This document shows positions 62,282 to 64,000 of a stretch of DNA of 64,000 nt, piece after piece. The position numbers and the translations under genes are program-made. The notes beneath the pieces are model-generated. The model was not told the DNA's origin. It ran no database searches and saw only the letters and a list, made by a program, of their open reading frames with translations. Position 1 is the first letter of the stretch. Each line of letters opens with the position of its first letter. The stretch comes from Candidatus Polarisedimenticolaceae bacterium (lineage in GTDB: Bacteria > Acidobacteriota > Polarisedimenticolia > Polarisedimenticolales > DASRJG01), in NCBI GenBank assembly GCA_036275915.1, contig DASUCV010000004.1, positions 662,204-726,203 of the forward strand, given 5' to 3'.

Positions 62282-64000
62282 ATGCGAATGGACCGGCTCA
62301 CCATCAAGGCCCAGGAGGCCCTTCAGGAAGCGAGCGCCGCGGCCCAGAGCCACGGCCATCCGGAGATCGGGCCGCTTCACCTGCTGCTCGCGCTGACGTC
62401 CCAGCAGGACGGGATCGTCGCGCCGATCCTGGAGAAGCTCGGCGCCGATCCGCGCGCCGTCACCGCCCGTACCGAGGAGCGCCTCGGCTCGATCCCCCGC
62501 GTCAGCGGCGGCTCGGAGCTGGGGATGTCCCGCGGCGTCGTCGAGATCCTCCAGTCCGCCGAGAAGGCGGCGAAGGAGTTCCAGGACGAGTACGTCTCGA
62601 CCGAGCACCTGCTCCTCGCGATCGTCCGCGGCAAGTCCGAGGCGGCCGAGATCCTGCGACAGCTCGGCGCGACGCCCGACAACATCCTCCACGCGCTTCG
62701 CGAGGTCCGGGGCGCGTCCCGCGTCACCGACCAGAATCCCGAGGCGAAGTATCAGGCGCTCCAGCGATACGCGAAGGACCTCACCGATCTCGCGCGGCGC
62801 GGCAAGCTGGATCCGGTGATCGGCCGCGACGAGGAGATCCGCCGCGCGATCCAGATCCTGGGACGCCGCACCAAGAACAATCCGGTGCTCATCGGCGACC
62901 CCGGCGTCGGCAAGACCGCGATCGTCGAGGGGATCGCCCGCCGCATCGCCGACGGCGACGTGCCCGAGACGCTGCGCGACCGGCGCGTCGTCGCGCTCGA
63001 TCTCGGCGCGCTCATCGCGGGCTCGAAGTACCGCGGCGAGTTCGAGGACCGTCTGAAGGCCGTCCTCAAGGAGATCCAGGAGTCCGAGGGTCGGGTCATC
63101 CTCTTCATCGACGAGCTGCACACGCTTGTCGGCGCCGGGGCCGCGGAGGGCGCCGTCGACGCGGCGAACCTCCTGAAGCCCGCGCTCGCCCGCGGCGAGC
63201 TGCGCTGCATCGGCGCGACGACCCTGAACGAGTACCGCAAGTACATCGAGCGCGACGCCGCGCTCGAGCGCCGCTTCCAGCCGGTGATGGTCGGCGAGCC
63301 GTCGGTCGAGGACACGATCTCGATCCTCCGCGGTCTCAAGGAGCGCTACGAGACCCACCACCGCGTCCGCATCCAGGACGGCGCGATCGTCGCCGCGGCG
63401 ACCCTCTCGCACCGCTACATCGCCGACCGCTTCCTCCCCGACAAGGCGATCGACCTCGTCGACGAGGCGGCCGCGAAGCTCAAGATGGAGATCGACTCGG
63501 TCCCGGCCGAGGTCGACGAGATCCAGAGGCGCGTGACCCAGCTCGAGATCGAGCGCCAGGCGCTCAAGCGCGAGCGCGACCTCGTCTCGAAGGAGCGCCT
63601 CGGCAAGCTCGAGCGCGAGCTGGCGGACCGGAAGGAAACGCTCGCCGCCGCGAAGTCGCGCTGGCAGGCCGAGAAGGACTCGATCGTCAAGATCGCGTCG
63701 CTCAAGGAGAAGCTCGAGCAGACGAAGACCGACGCCGAGCGCGCGCAGCGCGAGGCGGCGTACGAGCGCGCCTCGATGCTCCAGTACGACGTCATGCCCA
63801 AGCTCCAGAGAGACCTCGAGGCCGAGAACGCGCGCCTCGCCCTGATCCAGAAGGACGGGGCGATGCTCAAGGAAGAGGTCTCGGAGGAGGACATCGCCGA
63901 GATCGTCTCCAAGTGGACCGGGATCCCGGTCTCGAAGATGCTCGAGGGCGAAGTGCAGAAGCTCGTCCATCTCGACGAGCAGCTCCGAGCACGGGTCGTC
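62282..64000 (+). CDS. clpB: Disaggregase ClpB (runs off the window end)
   Basis: [65 protein letters not shown], coiled-coil M-domain, SKWTGIPV. Confidence 0.96.
   Translation, partial: MRMDRLTIKAQEALQEASAAAQSHGHPEIGPLHLLLALTSQQDGIVAPILEKLGADPRAVTARTEERLGSIPRVSGGSELGMSRGVVEILQSAEKAAKEFQDEYVSTEHLLLAIVRGKSEAAEILRQLGATPDNILHALREVRGASRVTDQNPEAKYQALQRYAKDLTDLARRGKLDPVIGRDEEIRRAIQILGRRTKNNPVLIGDPGVGKTAIVEGIARRIADGDVPETLRDRRVVALDLGALIAGSKYRGEFEDRLKAVLKEIQESEGRVILFIDELHTLVGAGAAEGAVDAANLLKPALARGELRCIGATTLNEYRKYIERDAALERRFQPVMVGEPSVEDTISILRGLKERYETHHRVRIQDGAIVAAATLSHRYIADRFLPDKAIDLVDEAAAKLKMEIDSVPAEVDEIQRRVTQLEIERQALKRERDLVSKERLGKLERELADRKETLAAAKSRWQAEKDSIVKIASLKEKLEQTKTDAERAQREAAYERASMLQYDVMPKLQRDLEAENARLALIQKDGAMLKEEVSEEDIAEIVSKWTGIPVSKMLEGEVQKLVHLDEQLRARVV

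Overview
A 64-kb window of very GC-rich (roughly 70% by eye), gene-dense bacterial chromosome. The organism makes LPS, and gene content suggests Acidobacteriota (inference). Most of it is core genome: CusA/CzcA RND efflux with a divergent HK/sigma54 regulator, an ECF sigma/anti-sigma/ABC module, sthA, pepT, kdsB-pyrG-kdsA-kdsD-kdsC-lapA, LPS genes, tat, ctpA, groES-groEL (sigma70 promoter plus CIRCE), mqnD, ygfZ, HDAC, lolA, polA, a Ytr-type ABC operon, dgt-rpiB-glyA-dinG, ferredoxin-tldD-tldE and clpB (truncated). I saw no tRNA, rRNA, CRISPR array, integrase or transposase. The best candidate for an undescribed system is a coupled gene pair divergent from groESL (31426-33938). It encodes a single-AAA Clp-type ATPase with a ClpP-docking-like IGY loop and an uncharacterised N-domain, plus a small EExxH...ExxAN zincin-like partner, behind a sigma54-like promoter. 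Other notable points are a dGTPase homologue that has lost its catalytic residues, apparently widespread leaderless genes, a perfect 30-bp palindrome that supplies the stop codons of two convergent genes, an ~80-aa insertion in Pol I, and a 58-aa 7Fe-type ferredoxin missed by the ORF track. All family calls rest on motif recognition by eye; no database searches were run.
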